NCBI RefSeq assembly: GCF_009914755.1
Contig: NC_060927.1
DNA length: 64,000 nt
Strand: one strand, 5' to 3'
Source of the DNA: the human T2T-CHM13v2.0 reference genome, Homo sapiens
Shown here: one piece after another, positions 40,002 to 57,260 of the stretch
How the letters are laid out: the number at the start of each line of letters is the position of its first letter
Numbering within the stretch: position 1 is the stretch's first letter
Made by a program: the position numbers and the translations under genes
The notes under the pieces: generated by a model
The model's input: the letters and a program-made list of their open reading frames with translations, nothing else
What the model was told of the DNA's origin: nothing
Database searches by the model: none

Positions 40002-41270
40002 GTCTATATAACTATATATTCCCTCTCAAATCTAAAATCTATGATTTATGTGAGTTTTTTCATCTATACAAGATTTTGGGTGAAAAGTTACCAAAGTTAT
40101 ATTTATGTCATTTACCAACAAAGGTTATTCAGTGAGTTCTAGAAATATGTAGAATTAAGCTAGTTATAAAGTTACCCCAAATTTCAGCTGCTGCCTTCTG
40201 GATGCCTTCCCTCAAGAGCTTTCCTGGCCAAAACTAATGTTACATATAAATATGAGGTATAAAGAATTACTGGCAGTCTCTAAGATTCAAGCTTGTTACA
40301 ATAAATCAGCCCTTTGACATTTATCAAATAATTGATGTTCTCAATTAAGGGGTGACAACATTAATAATGCATTCACCTGCCAATAATTATGGTATGATAT
40401 TTGCCCCATGCATGGACAGTTTCATTATGCTGGGTTTTTCCTCCAAATAGGCAGAAGTCTAGTTCTGTTCTTCTAATCTGATGAAGGGCTTGGGGATTTA
40501 AGGTGGGTTAAAGAAATCCATAATAATGTTAGAGAACAGAAGATATGCAGAAAAATTAAAGGGAACTGAATTACAGATTACACAACAGAAAGATTTGTAA
40601 TGCCTTGCAAGTACATTTGTTCACTCTCTCACTAATTATTATTTATTTGATAAAATATATGAAGTATATAAAAGCCATAATGATGTCTGGCTAATTTCCA
40701 TTTTCAGGACTGGCAGAAGCAGGCATAAAGTATGCTATAAAGAAACTGGAAAAGAAATGAGAAATAATTTGAACAGTGTTAAAATTGGTAAGACTTGCTG
40801 AGAAGTTATGTAATATATTAAAAATCAGGCAGATTTTATTCTATTTGTGTGGTCTGCAAATGCCTGGCCCAAAAGCAGGGGTATAGAATATTTGACCTCT
40901 AGAGCTCTGCTCAGCATCTCCAGGAAAAACCTATTTTTGCTTCTGAATAGAAAGCATAATATTATCATTTATACAAAATGATGACAGATTTTTCACTTAC
41001 AAAGAACCTAGGATTATAGAAAAGAAAGCCATATCACAACCCTCTATTTAAATTGCAACATTTGAGACAACAAGATTAAAAAAATTACTCATCACATGGT
41101 ATTGAAATTATCTTTCTACTTCTCTGTAACTGTTTCCAGATTTTTAACTTCTTGTGGGCAAGAACCTTGTCTCAAAATGCCTATAATTCCAGTAACCAGC
41201 ACAGCACCCAACGTGGCAGCTGCTCAGAACTGCTCACTGATGAATATGCACCATTCATTCCTTACATTTA

Positions 41271-41583
41271 TATTACATTTATTTATTTATTATTTATTTT
41301 TAGATACAGGGTCTCACTCTGGGTCCAGGCTGGAGTGCAGTGGTGCTATGTTAGCTCACTGCAGCCTTGAACTCCTGGGATCAAGTGATCCTTCCCCCTC
41401 AGCCTCCCAAGTAGTTAGGACTACCGGTGCATACTACCACGTCCAGCTAGTTTTTAAATGTTTCATAGAGATGGGGCCTCACTATATTGCCTAGGCTGGT
41501 CTTGAACTCCCGGCTTCAAGTAATCCTCTTGTTTTGGCCTCCCAAAGTGCTGGAATTACAGGTATGAACCTCTATGACTGGCT
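41271..41583 (-). mobile_element. AluJ with (TTTA)n tail
   Basis: CACTGCAGCCTTGAACTCCTGGG J-type motif; TTACATTT flanking repeats. Confidence 0.9.
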
Positions 41584-41827
41584 TACATTTTAATTTTCAA
41601 CTTTCAAAGAACATAATTTGATTGGTACTTCGATTCCATAAATGGAGAACTGGAACTATTTACAATAGAAAACTTGAACATGTTCGCTTGCCTGAGAGAA
41701 AAATAAAAACATCTAATATTGAAAAACACCTGGAAAGTTCATGAGAGAGAAGTGAATCAGTGAAAGAAGCTATGGTTTCTGCAGTCATTCTCGGGCACTC
41801 TCTCCTCAAGCATTGCAATGAGTTCTT

Positions 41828-42134
<307 letters not shown>

Positions 42135-42287
42135 AAATGCAATGAGTTCTTGTTCTACTTTTAGATCACTTCAAAACTCTGTATTTCATCCTCACATTGC
42201 CTTGTAAGACAGTAATTATAACACTGAAAAATTCCTTTTTAAACCTTATTACTCTCCCTTACTTATCTCCTGGTAGGCTTCAAGTAC

Positions 42288-42481
42288 GAGGAGTTCTTAA
42301 TCTGTGATCCATGGACCATGGTCCCCAAAGGTCTAGGGATAAAGCTCTGCTTCAGTAGAATTAGTTTCCTTTGTTACGTATTTTATCTTACACATTTAAA
42401 AGAATTATTCTGTGAAGGGGTCCATAGACTTCACCAGATAGTTAATAGGGTCCAGCGCACAAAAATGGTTACAAACACTTG
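42288..42481. mobile_element. hAT-Charlie-type MITE
   Basis: GTTCTTAATC...AAGGGGTCCATAGACTTCACCAGA...AAAATGGTTA. Confidence 0.6.
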
Positions 42482-42919
42482 GCTGCCTTAGCTCAAAGAT
42501 AATTATTTATTATCTTTCCTTCATAAGCTATAGAACCGGGGGAGGAGCCAAGATGGCCAAATAGGAACAGCTCTGGTCTACAGCTCCCAGCCTGAGCGAC
42601 GCAGAAGATGGGTGATTTCTGCATTTCCATCTGAAATTTGAAGAGAGCAGTGGTTCTCCCAGCACGCAGCTGGAGATCTGAGAATGGGCAGACTGCTTCC
42701 TCAAGTGGGTCCCTGACTCCTGACCCCCGAGCAGCCTAACTGGGAGGCACACCCCAGCAGGGACAGACTGACACCTCACATGGCCAGGTACTCCAACAGA
42801 CCTGCAGCTGAGGGTCCTCTCTGTTAGAAGGAAAACTAACAAACAGAAAGGACATCCACACCAAAAACCCATCTGTACATCACCATCATCAAAGACCAAA
42901 AGTAGGTAAAACCACAAAG

Positions 42920-43933
42920 ATGGGGAAAAAACAGAGCAGAAAAACTGGAAACTCTAAAAAGCAGAGCGCCTCTCCTCCTCCAAAGGAATGCAGTTCCTCA
43001 CCAGCAACAGAACAAAGCTGGACGGAGAATGACTTTGACAAGCTGAGAGAAGAAGGCTTCAGACGATCAAATTACTCCGAGCTATGGGAGGACATTCAAA
43101 CCAAAGGCAAATAAGTTGAAAACTTTGAAAAAAACTTAGAAGAATGTATAACTAGAATAACCAATACAGAGAAGTGCTTAAAGGAGCTGATGGAGCTGAA
43201 AACCAAGGCTCGAGAACTACGTGAAGAATGCAGAAGCCTCAGGAGCCCATGCGATCAACTGGAAGAAAGGGTATCAGCGATGGAAGATGAAATGAATGCA
43301 ATGAAGCGAGAAGGGAAGTTTAGAGAAAAAGGAATAAAAAGAAATGAACAAAGCCTCCAAGAAATATGGGACTATGTGAAAAGACCAAATCTACGTCTGA
43401 TTGGTGTACCTGAAAGTGATGGGGAGAATGGAACCAAGTTGGAAAACACTCTGCAGGATATCATCCAGGAGAACTTCCCCAATCTAGCAAGGCAGGCCAA
43501 CGTTCAGATTCAGGAAATACAGAGAACGCCACAAAGATACTCCTCGAGAAGAGCAACACCAAGACACATAATTGTCAGATTCACCAAAGCTGAAATGAAG
43601 GAAAAAATGTTAAGGGCAGCCAGAGACAAAGGTCGGGTTACCCTCAAAGGGAAGCCCATCAGACTAACAGCAGATCTCTCGGCAGAAACTCTACAAGCCA
43701 GAAGAGAGTGGGGGCCAATATTCAACATTCTTAAAGAAAAGAATTTTCAACCCAGAATTTCATATCCAGCCAAACTAAGCTTCATAAGTGAAGGAGAAAT
43801 AAAATACTTTACAGACAAGCAAATGCTGAGAGATTTTGTCACCACCAGGCCTGCCCTAGAAGAGCTCCTGAAGGAAGTGCTAAACATGGAAAGGAACTGG
43901 TACCAGCCGCTGCAAAATCATGCCAAAATGTAA
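42920..43933 (+). pseudogene. L1 ORF1p, inactivated
   Basis: MGKKQSRK... start; GAA>TAA nonsense at 43112-14; same frame continues to ...QNHAKM*; 3-nt deletion near the end. Confidence 0.95.
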
Positions 43934-43996
43934 AGACCATCGAGACTAGGAGGAAACCGCATCAACTAACGAGCAAAATCACCAGCTAACATCATA

Positions 43997-47817
<3,821 letters not shown>

Positions 47818-48292
47818 ACTATGAGAACACATGGACACAGGAAGGGGAACATCACACTCTGGGGACTGTTGTGGGGTGGGGGGAGGGGGGAGGGATAGCA
47901 TTGGGAGATATACCTAATGCTAGAGGACGAGTTAGTGGGTGCAGCACACCAGCATGGCACATGTATACATATGTAACTAACCTGCACATTGTGCACATGT
48001 ACCCTAAAACTTAAAGTGTAATTAAAAAAAAAAGCCATAGAACCAATTTCTGATGCCATATTAATCTTATTTTCTCCCAGGAATACTGACCATTTAACCC
48101 TAACTACCTGGTAACTTCCTATGTCTCAAATTTAACTAAAATGCCCAAGAAAACAGTGCTTCTGCTATCATATAAACAATTGCTAAATTATACCTATTCT
48201 TAACCTAGAGTAAAAGTGATTTTGCATTACATTGATTCCTAAGGTTAGAGTCTTTTTAGTGCTTTATAATGTTCACTTGGAGGGTTATGCCT

Positions 48293-48685
48293 TGTTATAG
48301 GCTAAATGTTTGTGTCTTCCTCTGCCCAAATCCACATGTTGAAGCACTAACCCCCAATGTGATGGTATTTGGAGGTAGGGCCTCTGGGCGGTAGTTGGGT
48401 TAGATTAGGTCTGAGGGTGGGACCTTCATGATGGGATTAGTGCCCTTATGTGAAGATGAAGATGGAGAGATTTTGCTCTTCATACATATGCACCAAGGAA
48501 AGACCACGTGAAGGCATAAAGAGAAGACAACCATATGCAAACCAGGAAGTGGGCCCTTACCAGACAGTGAATCTGCTGATACCTTGACCTTGGACACCCA
48601 AGCCTCAAGAACTGTGAGAAACAAATGTTTGGTGTATAAGCAACCTAATCTATGATATTTTGTTACAGCAGCCTGAACTATGACA
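48293..48685 (+). mobile_element. MLT1A-like MaLR solo LTR
   Basis: TG...CA; CCCCCAATGTGATGGTATTTGGAG, GAACTGTGAGAAA; 5-bp TSD TGCCT/TACCT. Confidence 0.88.
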
Positions 48686-51141
48686 TACCTCTTCCCATTT
48701 AGAAGCCTGTATTGGCAAAACAGCTTCAACAATACCAACATGCTTTCATAAAACAATAACTTTCTAAGGAAAGCATTATATTTTTTGTACTCTTTTTAGC
48801 TTGGTTCAAGAAGATATTCATAGTTGGGAGGAAAGAAAGAAATCCCAGACATGCTCCATTTCTTCACCGTTCAACCCTGTCACCATCATTGGCTAAGAGG
48901 CAAGAGAGGAATTTTGTACATAAGAGACTTAATGCATATGGTTTAAGATTTCAGCCTCAACTGTTAGGTTCTTCTCCAAACATCTCAAAAATCTGCATTT
49001 GGACAAACAGCTAGATGGCTTGTAGATATAGCTGAAGAATGTTGATCCACTCTTAGGCTGAGGACACTCAATTCAAGCTCGACGCATTTCACTAGCAGCT
49101 TTGTTTATTCATGTTGAAACTCAGTTTCAAAGCCCAGTAACCATAGTATGACTAGATAAAATAGAAATTTTATGTCAAAGTTTTCTCATTGCAACATCTC
49201 CTTCTATGAAAACACTATTTTTTTAATACCTTTCTTTACCTTTATTTCTCTGAGGAGCAAGCATGTGGCAATGAGAAGGGCATGTGCTACATTTTCTCAC
49301 CGTTAGCCTGGGCGGCATGGGGTTCCAAGAGGAACACGAGAGTGGGGCTTAAAATGACCCTTCTCACTTTTAAGTGAGATGTGCTTGTGTAAAGTAAGAA
49401 GTTGAAGATCAAGTTAGACAGAAGTTGAAGTTGGGTAAATTCCAAGGAATAAAATTTAACATTCACAGATAGGTACTCAAGCAACCTTTTGAAGGCCCCA
49501 AAGCTTGTGGAAATCCAGGCTTTTGCAGAGTTTCAGAATATCTACCACCACTTGCAGACCCAATGCAGTGGGTTCTACATAGATATCTTACACACATTTC
49601 CTTTTCATATTCTTTCCTTTGCCACTGAATAACTCTGTTCGTCCCCTACCCAGCGCCTTCAGCTTTACCCACTCTCCTTTAAGCAGATCTGAGACCTGCA
49701 CATTTACCTTAAAAATCAGATTCCTAGGGCTACAAGGACTTAAAAGACTTCAATTTAGGTCTTGATTGATCAAAAACAGAAAAAGAACCTGCAGTTGGAC
49801 TGTATGTTTGTCACAGTATTTTTATGTGCATTATTTTATTTAAACTTTCATTCATTTTATGAGCAATGTAGGCCAAGAGTGGCTTTCCCAGCCTAGAGAA
49901 GAAGAAAATCAGTTCTAGTGAAGCATAACTTGTATGAGGCCACTGTCCTTTAGTTTGTAAGTGAGATGAGAGTTGTTCTGGGATTCTGATATCCTGAAAA
50001 ATGCTCTTCCAGCTCTTCCTGGTCAACTTGAAAGGGAGAGAAGAAAACTAACTTTCAACAGGAGCGTTGTCCCAGCTTTCTGCAATTCTAGAGAATGTTT
50101 GAGAATCTTTATTATGACAGCATTCTTTTGATGGCCTTTAAAATGTTTTTGGGATGATGTGGGGAGCAGGAAAGTTTGAAGGCAGAACCTGATGTTGCAT
50201 TGTAGGAACACAATTCAAATGTAGGCTCCTGGACTGATTAGATCCAGTTCACTTTCTATTGTCAAATGATAAATTCCCACCCTACTTTGGCATGAACTTT
50301 AAAAGGAAACACCAGTAGCCAAAGGCCAAGAAGAGAAAGGAACAACATTTACTCATATAAATAGTGAACACTGCCAAGCACAGAATTTACTGTGCACTTG
50401 TCTTGGATTTTCTCCACATTATAGCTTCACAAAAGCTGTGGTTCCAAAGTTGCACTGAATAGGATTCTGATTTGGTACATTAACACATCATGATACCAGT
50501 AGCACCTGATACGTGACTTCCTCTAGGTTTTAAGAGCATCTTTTATTCTGTCCCAAATATAGAAGGCAAGTTTTCTACCAAGTGGCCGGAGCAGGACAAA
50601 TTGTGACCCAAGGTAGTAAAAGGAAGGCTGGGTGAAGGCCAAGATGTGGATGAAGACAGCCAGTGGCTGGAAGCCCAGAGAAGTCTCAGTTCCTGGCCTT
50701 AACAAGAAATGAAGTATGATTGGCAGCTGCAGAGCCAGGATTTCTAAACCAACATTGTGAGTTTTCCACCGTCTACATCTGAACTATTTACACATTCCAT
50801 ACTACCTAGAAAATAGGCTAACCTGTTGTTCTCAGCTGAGAGTTGTGCTTGGACACAAAATTCTAGAACTAGGTTCTGCAGGATTCTGTCTACTTTCTGT
50901 GAGTATGTGACTGCTCTTTTTTTTTAACCCCTTGTTATTTTTTGGCTGAGGCTGTCCTCCATTAATAGATTTAATACCTGTTTATTTCCACTGCTATTAA
51001 AAAATTTTTCTGAAGGCTGCCAAAGGATGTTTTTACCGTGTTCCCAGCAATGAATAGTCCTGTCTTTTTCTGCCGATATAAGCAAGCCTGTGATTGACTG
51101 CCAAGACTTAAAATTCCCGGGTTGAATCAAGTACACTAAAG

Positions 51142-51391
51142 CAGTGTTTTTCAAACTATGGGTCCCAACACATAAGTGGGTTGTGAAATCAATTTAGTGG
51201 GTAGCAAGCAGTGCCTTTTAAAAAATGAAATGAAGTAGACTGGAAAGCGTCAGTTCACTGCGTTTCTTAAGAGTTAGGATTGTTTTGTGAAACTTTTGTT
51301 TGATTTACAAACACACACCATTTGTATGCTTGGTCGTTATGTAAAATGTATTTCTTACTGTGGGCTGTGGTCATCAATTGGAAAGCCACTG
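51142..51391. mobile_element. hAT-Charlie MITE, complete
   Basis: TIRs CAGTGTTTTTCAA / GGAAAGCCACTG; 8-bp TSD CACTAAAG/CACCAAAG. Confidence 0.75.
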
Positions 51392-53849
51392 CACCAAAGC
51401 AATGCCAGAAACACTGAAAGAAGTGACTTGCTTAAGGAAATAAAGCCCTTCTGATTTCTGACTGTTGTCCAGAGTGCTGGCTAAGAAGAGGGAGGGGATG
51501 AGGAGCCTCATGAAAAATGGACAAGAGCCCAGTGTGGGGTTTCAAGCCAGAGCTTGCTGGCCAAATGGGAAGGCTGGCAAGTGGACAGACGAGGGCTTCA
51601 TTACTGCTGCCTATTAGCTGCATGAATACTAAGGAATTTTTAAAGAAATGAAACACGTAGGATTTAAAGCACCAACAAGATCTTTAGGTAGACAACTTCA
51701 CTATGAGAAAGATGTTTCATAAACTGTATCACAAATTTCTAAATGTTTAGTAAAGACAAACACAAGTTCAAATGTGCTTGGATGCATATTCTTTTAGGTT
51801 AAAACATAAAAAATTGCCAACATTCAGTCATTTTAACCTACAAAAATGGCAATTTTATATAGTTTTCCCTTCAAAGAGATTGCATTCCATTTTTTTTTCT
51901 TCAGGTAAATAGCAAGTTCATCAGTGTCTACTCATCCACTTACCCATCTACCTATCTATCCCTCTATCAGTCTTTTCTTTTTTTGGAGTTGAGGAGGGAG
52001 GGACCAAGAACTAAAATACAAGTTGCCTTTCAGAAATGACGTGAAAATTAAAATACCACTTGGCTTTTTATTATAGCAGCTACTCAAAGAAAACCTAATT
52101 ATTTCGAGGAGTCTGTTTCTTGGTTAGTGGATATTAATTGCAGCCTAGGCTAAAATATCGAAAAGGCTGTCACATTTTTTCTTTCATGAAATCTCTCTAA
52201 CATATTTTTAAATACCTTGAGGCTGAAGTCAATCTCCCTACTTACTGACATGACTAAAAATTCATTATATCTATATGTATACCTCAGAGTATTGGGATGT
52301 TCCCTATCATGGTGACAAACCTAAAATCTCTTCACCTTTACTTATAGATTCCCCCATCCCCAGCAAAGGCCTCCAGTGTCTTTCATGAAAAACCTCCTTA
52401 CTTTTGAAGTCAATGCCTAGCTCCTCTCTTCTGATTTTTAACTGTGGCAGACAACATTTACTCTTCTGGGCATTATTTCCTATAGAAAAGAAATGAATTA
52501 GGTTGTGCTTTCCCTGTTTCCTCAGCCACCCAGAGACATGTTTGCAAGGCAATAAAGTTTTCCATAGTGTCTGAGCTGCAAAAAATGAGCCAAGAAAAAC
52601 CTCAAAACACTAGCAGAAAGAAAAATATTTGGTGCTTAGTTACGTTTCTTTTGAGATATGAAGGGGTGGGGTTGGGGGGATAAATCTTTCAGGAAGTTTA
52701 CTGGGTTACTTTAATTAAATGCAAGGCCTGTCTCTCTCTTGGGCCATACATTTGGAGTGTCTGCCTGCCATGTTCTGCAAACAACGGAGAGGCACCAGGC
52801 CGAGACCCTCTTTGGGCCTATCTGAAATGTCTGAATTAACACGTGAGACATCTTATAAACAAAATGTTCTCTCCAGTGAGCATCATATCCTGGGCATGTT
52901 CACTGTAAACTTCAAAAACTATACTCAGCATTTTGAAACAAAATGATTATGAATCAAAGTTCCTCCCTAGTTATATTCAAAGGACTTTGGTCATTAAAGT
53001 TTTGATTCTCTGACAACTCAATTCAGTTTCTCCTCCAAGAGACACGATGCACAATCAAGTGGTTAAAATACCTTAATTAATTAGATATTAGGGGAAGAAA
53101 TGTATTTTTCTGACAAGAAGCCTGATTTTTCTAGCAATTGTTGATCCTGGGATGGCATTAAAATCAGTCACAGCAGCAGAATTGCATAGTAATGACTAAC
53201 CTTGAAACCTTTTTCTTGGAAACCCCAAAGCAGTCGTCTAGCCCTAGAAGCTAATATTTTTCTATGCTCTGCCAGGCATGAAATAAAATACCTTAAAATA
53301 ATTCTTGGAATTTTCTTGACTAACTTGACTATAGGGAGGTGGCATCTGTTACTCAAGTAAGATGTCCTGTTCTCATGAATTTCCGTACCAAAGAGAAGTG
53401 GTTCAGGCAGATCAACAGAGCCCAGGCTTTGGGACTACAGAGGACTGTGCTTAATTAAGCAAAAAACACTAATTGATCCCCTCCAACTGCCCTCCCATTT
53501 TCCTTAATGTACCTTTCCACACCTTACCACCTGAGAGCGTTACCCAAAAGAGAGATCCACAAAATAGGTTCCTGTTACAGCCTTCCTCTCACAATAGGAG
53601 ATTAGAAGCCAAGTTGTACTTGAAATTTGTAATTTGGATTTAGTAAACTAAATTCCTATGATGCAGCAGTTTAAAGACTTTAGAAGAAAGACACAGAAAA
53701 TGGGAGGCCTTTTGAATATTGAGTCCTGCCACTTCCTTTTATTAGCAAATGACACAGGGCTCTGCCTAGACATATTTAAATATAAAGTGCAAACTCCTCT
53801 TTGCTTTCAAAGCTTCATCAGTGTTTCTGTGCGCACATGAGTTATTGTC

Positions 53850-54177
53850 CATTGTCCCTTGGCATCTGTGGAGGACTGGTTCTAGGACCTCCCTTGGACA
53901 CCAGAGATGCTCAAGTCCCTTATACAAAAGGGTGTAATATTTGCATAAAACCTACAGACATTCTCCCATATGCTTTAAATAATCTCTAGATTACTTATGA
54001 TACATAATGCAATGTAAATGCTATGTAAAGAGTTGTTATACTGTATTGTTTAGCAAATAACAATAAGAAAAAAGGTTTATACATGTTTAGTATGGATGCA
54101 TTTTTTTTCCAAATATTTTCAATCCATAGTTGGTTGAATCCATGGATGCAGAATCCATGGATATGGAGGGCTGACTC
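53850..54177 (+). mobile_element. MER2 (TcMar-Tigger)
   Basis: GATGCTCAAGTCCCTTATA...TCTCTAGATTACTTAT...GTTGGTTGAATCC. Confidence 0.88.
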
Positions 54178-54199
54178 TACATTTCTTGCAAAATATAAC

Positions 54200-54790
54200 T
54201 GGGGCTCTTTTGCACATTGTCAACAAGACTGCAAATTAGTCCAACATTTTGGCAATATCTGACAAAATTCCAAATGTACATGCCTTTTGACACTGTGATT
54301 CTACATCTTGGAATTTATCCTGCAGACATAGTCATTTATGTAAATATATATGTATATATATATGTTCATTGTAGGTTTTATGAAATTGCAACATTCTGGA
54401 AATAACTTAAATGTCCATTAACAGAAGACTCAGTAAATAAATTTTGGTACATCTAATCATTCAATGGACTAATATGTGGCTGTTGAGAAAAAAGAGTAAC
54501 ATAAAGTGAAAGTTATATAGAGAGGTATGAAAAGGTGCCAAATTTTATTATTTAAGGAAAAAATTTAATCTGTGTTACATACAATGTGTGTGCACATGTT
54601 TGTACTATGTCTGCAATATTTCTGGTAAGGTATACAAGAAAATGAAAAAATGCAACTAGTGGTCACCTACAGGGAGTAGGGCTGGAAGATAGGGAGGGGG
54701 CCTTCTACATTTCATTTTATATCCTTCTGAACTGCTCAATGTTATTACTATTTTTACCATAAACATGGATTGCTTTTACTAAAATGCTTT
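54200..54790 (+). mobile_element. Old L1M 3' fragment
   Basis: CTTGGAATTTATCCT...AAATGTCCATTAACAG...GTGGTCACCT. Confidence 0.65.
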
Positions 54791-55009
54791 TTTAAGTGCT
54801 CCAGGGCCATAGTAGCTGTAAAAATTAAGTCTTTCAGTCCCCAGAAGCATCAGGGACACATCCAATTCTAATATTTATATTTTTAGATGGTGGCAAGGCT
54901 CTGAACTGAGATGTAGGTGCTGACCCCAAAGTGTGCTGTGCTGGTGCCGTCCTCTAAGCTCCCTGTCCTCTCCACTGTGTGCATCACCTTGTTTCAAGCC
55001 CTTCTCCCT

Positions 55010-55125
55010 GGCTCGACGTTAAGCTTCCTGCTGGGGGTCAGGAACCATCTTGTCCTCATTAATGACTTCCTGGTTCTCAGCACTGTGCCTGGCAAATAGT
55101 GGACTCTCAATAAATCTTGTCGAGT
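55010..55125 (+). mobile_element. L2 3' end
   Basis: CAGCACTGTGCCTGGCAAATAGTGGACTCTCAATAAAT. Confidence 0.6.
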
Positions 55126-56242
55126 AAAGAAGTCAGTGGTCTCATTTCAACTACAGTTCTAACAGGATAATTAAATGTTAGAGTTAAGAAAATCAATAAC
55201 AATAATAGAATGCTATAACCAAGGGATTTTAGCTGCATGTTTGGACCAGATCCCTCGGCTCCTGGGCCCTCTCACTGATCTATGGCAAGGGAATCTTGGA
55301 CTATACAAAACATTGGGGTCCCATAAACTACACTGAGGCATTTCAATGAAAAAAAACAGAACTTTGGCTAAAGTTAAAAAAGTTTAATTTATTTAAAATT
55401 TAGTCAATTTTATCAATTTTCTAAAAATAGCATTTGATAGAATTTCTCAGCTGCAAAGTTTTTGTTTGTTTGTTGCTCATAATTTTTTGCACCTGCTACC
55501 ACTCACTGGTCTGTCCCAGAATCAAGTATAAAATATAAGCTGGTTTTACCCAAAATTAGGCATGTTACTTTTAAAAGTTCCTGGCCATCATCATTTTGGG
55601 GTGGTCTGAAAGGGTATCACGACTTCTACAAGCTCTGATACCTGAATGAATTTGAGAATGTTGAGACGTGTTGATCATTAAGCTATTGAGCTTTCCCTAG
55701 AATGTGGAGTCACCCATCCCAGTATCATTCAATCATACTGCAGAGTTCTCCCTTCCTAGGCTGTGCCCCTAGCAAGAGAAAGAAATGAAAATCATAGAGA
55801 AAGGAATGAAAATCAACTAGAAATGCCTTTCCCCTTCTTACTAAGAAAACTCTAGCTCATTATGGTAATCTGTCATTTTATTTAAAATTATATACTATGT
55901 CAAACATGCAAAAAAGAAAAGAAGACAATATTGCAAAATCCAAGGACATGCTACCTCAATTAATCAAATTGTATCATTTTGCCATAATGCTGAATGTAGT
56001 GTTTATCTGTCCCATGAACATTTTTATTCTGTTACAAAGGTACAGTAATCTATTCTTTTACCAACTAAAACTTTCAATAAAATGAGGCCAGATGAATTCA
56101 GTTCATTCAAATGGAATTTGGGTATAGGGTATAATTTCCTGAGCATGGCCTGATTACATTCCCAAAGGCCATCTAGGGTAGGGAGGCTTAACTAAAATAG
56201 GCTGTGTCCAGGTTGTGATCAGTGCGGCAAAGCAGATGCCAT

Positions 56243-57260
56243 TGTGGCGGCTGCAGCATCAAGTTTAGTTTAGACTCACTGTTAATTACCCACCCTACTC
56301 AGACTCTTTCTTACCAACCATCTTGTTTTCCTTCAGAGTCTGAAAATGCCTGGTACTTGGATTTCCAGTGTGGTAGATTGTTTCCACAAATGGCTGCAAT
56401 AATCACTGCCACCCTGCATGTCTCTGGCAATGTGACTTTGCCATTCCTTTCATCAAGAGAAGTGGACTCCTTCTCAATTGAGCTGACCCTGCGGCTTGCT
56501 TTGATCAACAGAGTGCATAAGTGACACTGTGTGGCTTGAGACTATGTTTTAAGAGGTTTTGTAGTTTCCACTTTTATACTCTTTTGGAAACCAGCTACCA
56601 TGTAAACAGTCAGACCATCCTGAGGCAGCCATGCTGTGAGGAAGCCCAAGCTAGCTAAACGGAGAGACCACGTGAAGAAAGTTAGATGCCTGGCCAACCC
56701 CCAGGACATCCTGGATGTTGTAGCTCCAGCAGATGCCATGTGAAGCAGAAATACCACATTGCTGAGCCCAGCCCAGACTGAAGAATCATGAGAGGTAAAA
56801 AATAGTTGTTTAAAGCCACTAAGTTTTAGAGTGATTTGTTACACATTATTGAGTAACTGACTCACCCAACCTCCCTTAATGCTAAGGTATGAGCCCATGA
56901 CCCAATTCTGGGCAATTAGATGTAAGAGGCAGTTTGCTAGAGGTAGTATGAGGAGGGTTTCTGGAAGAGATATTTTCCTTCCTGTAATGAAGACACATGT
57001 GACAAGACACTGCTTCTCTTTTGGTCTTTGGATGTGGCTGTGTGAACATATGCTGCCTAGAGAGGTGACTCTGAGCGGACAGCCTGGGAACAAAAGGCAA
57101 CACGGAGACAATAGTAGGGCAACAAGATGGAGGGCACCTTGATGACCTGTCATGCCACCCAATTAACTAAATTAAACCCACTACCTTGGAGTTCCTGCTT
57201 TGTGAAGGAACTCCATTAAGTCATTTTGGGTCTAGAATTCTGTATTTCAAGTCAAATGAC
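56243..57260 (+). mobile_element. MLT1I/J-like LTR split by a nested MLT1H-like LTR
   Basis: Host resumes at ~56865 with CCTCCCTT..GCTAAG...ATGACCCAATTCTGG.CAAT.AGATGTAAG. Confidence 0.55.
56369..56864 (+). mobile_element. MLT1H-like MaLR solo LTR
   Basis: TGTGGTAGATTG...AATGTGACTTTGC...CCATGCTGTGAGGAAGCCCAAGC...TAAAGCCACTAAGTTTT. Confidence 0.75.

Noticed and set aside
42528-42917. 129-aa antisense ORF across the L1 5'UTR, considered as ORF0
   Set aside because: ORF0 lies in the segment removed by splicing, and this translation does not resemble it. It is an incidental antisense frame.
47872-47895. G-quadruplex-like tract
   Set aside because: Standard feature of the L1PA 3'UTR and not locus-specific.
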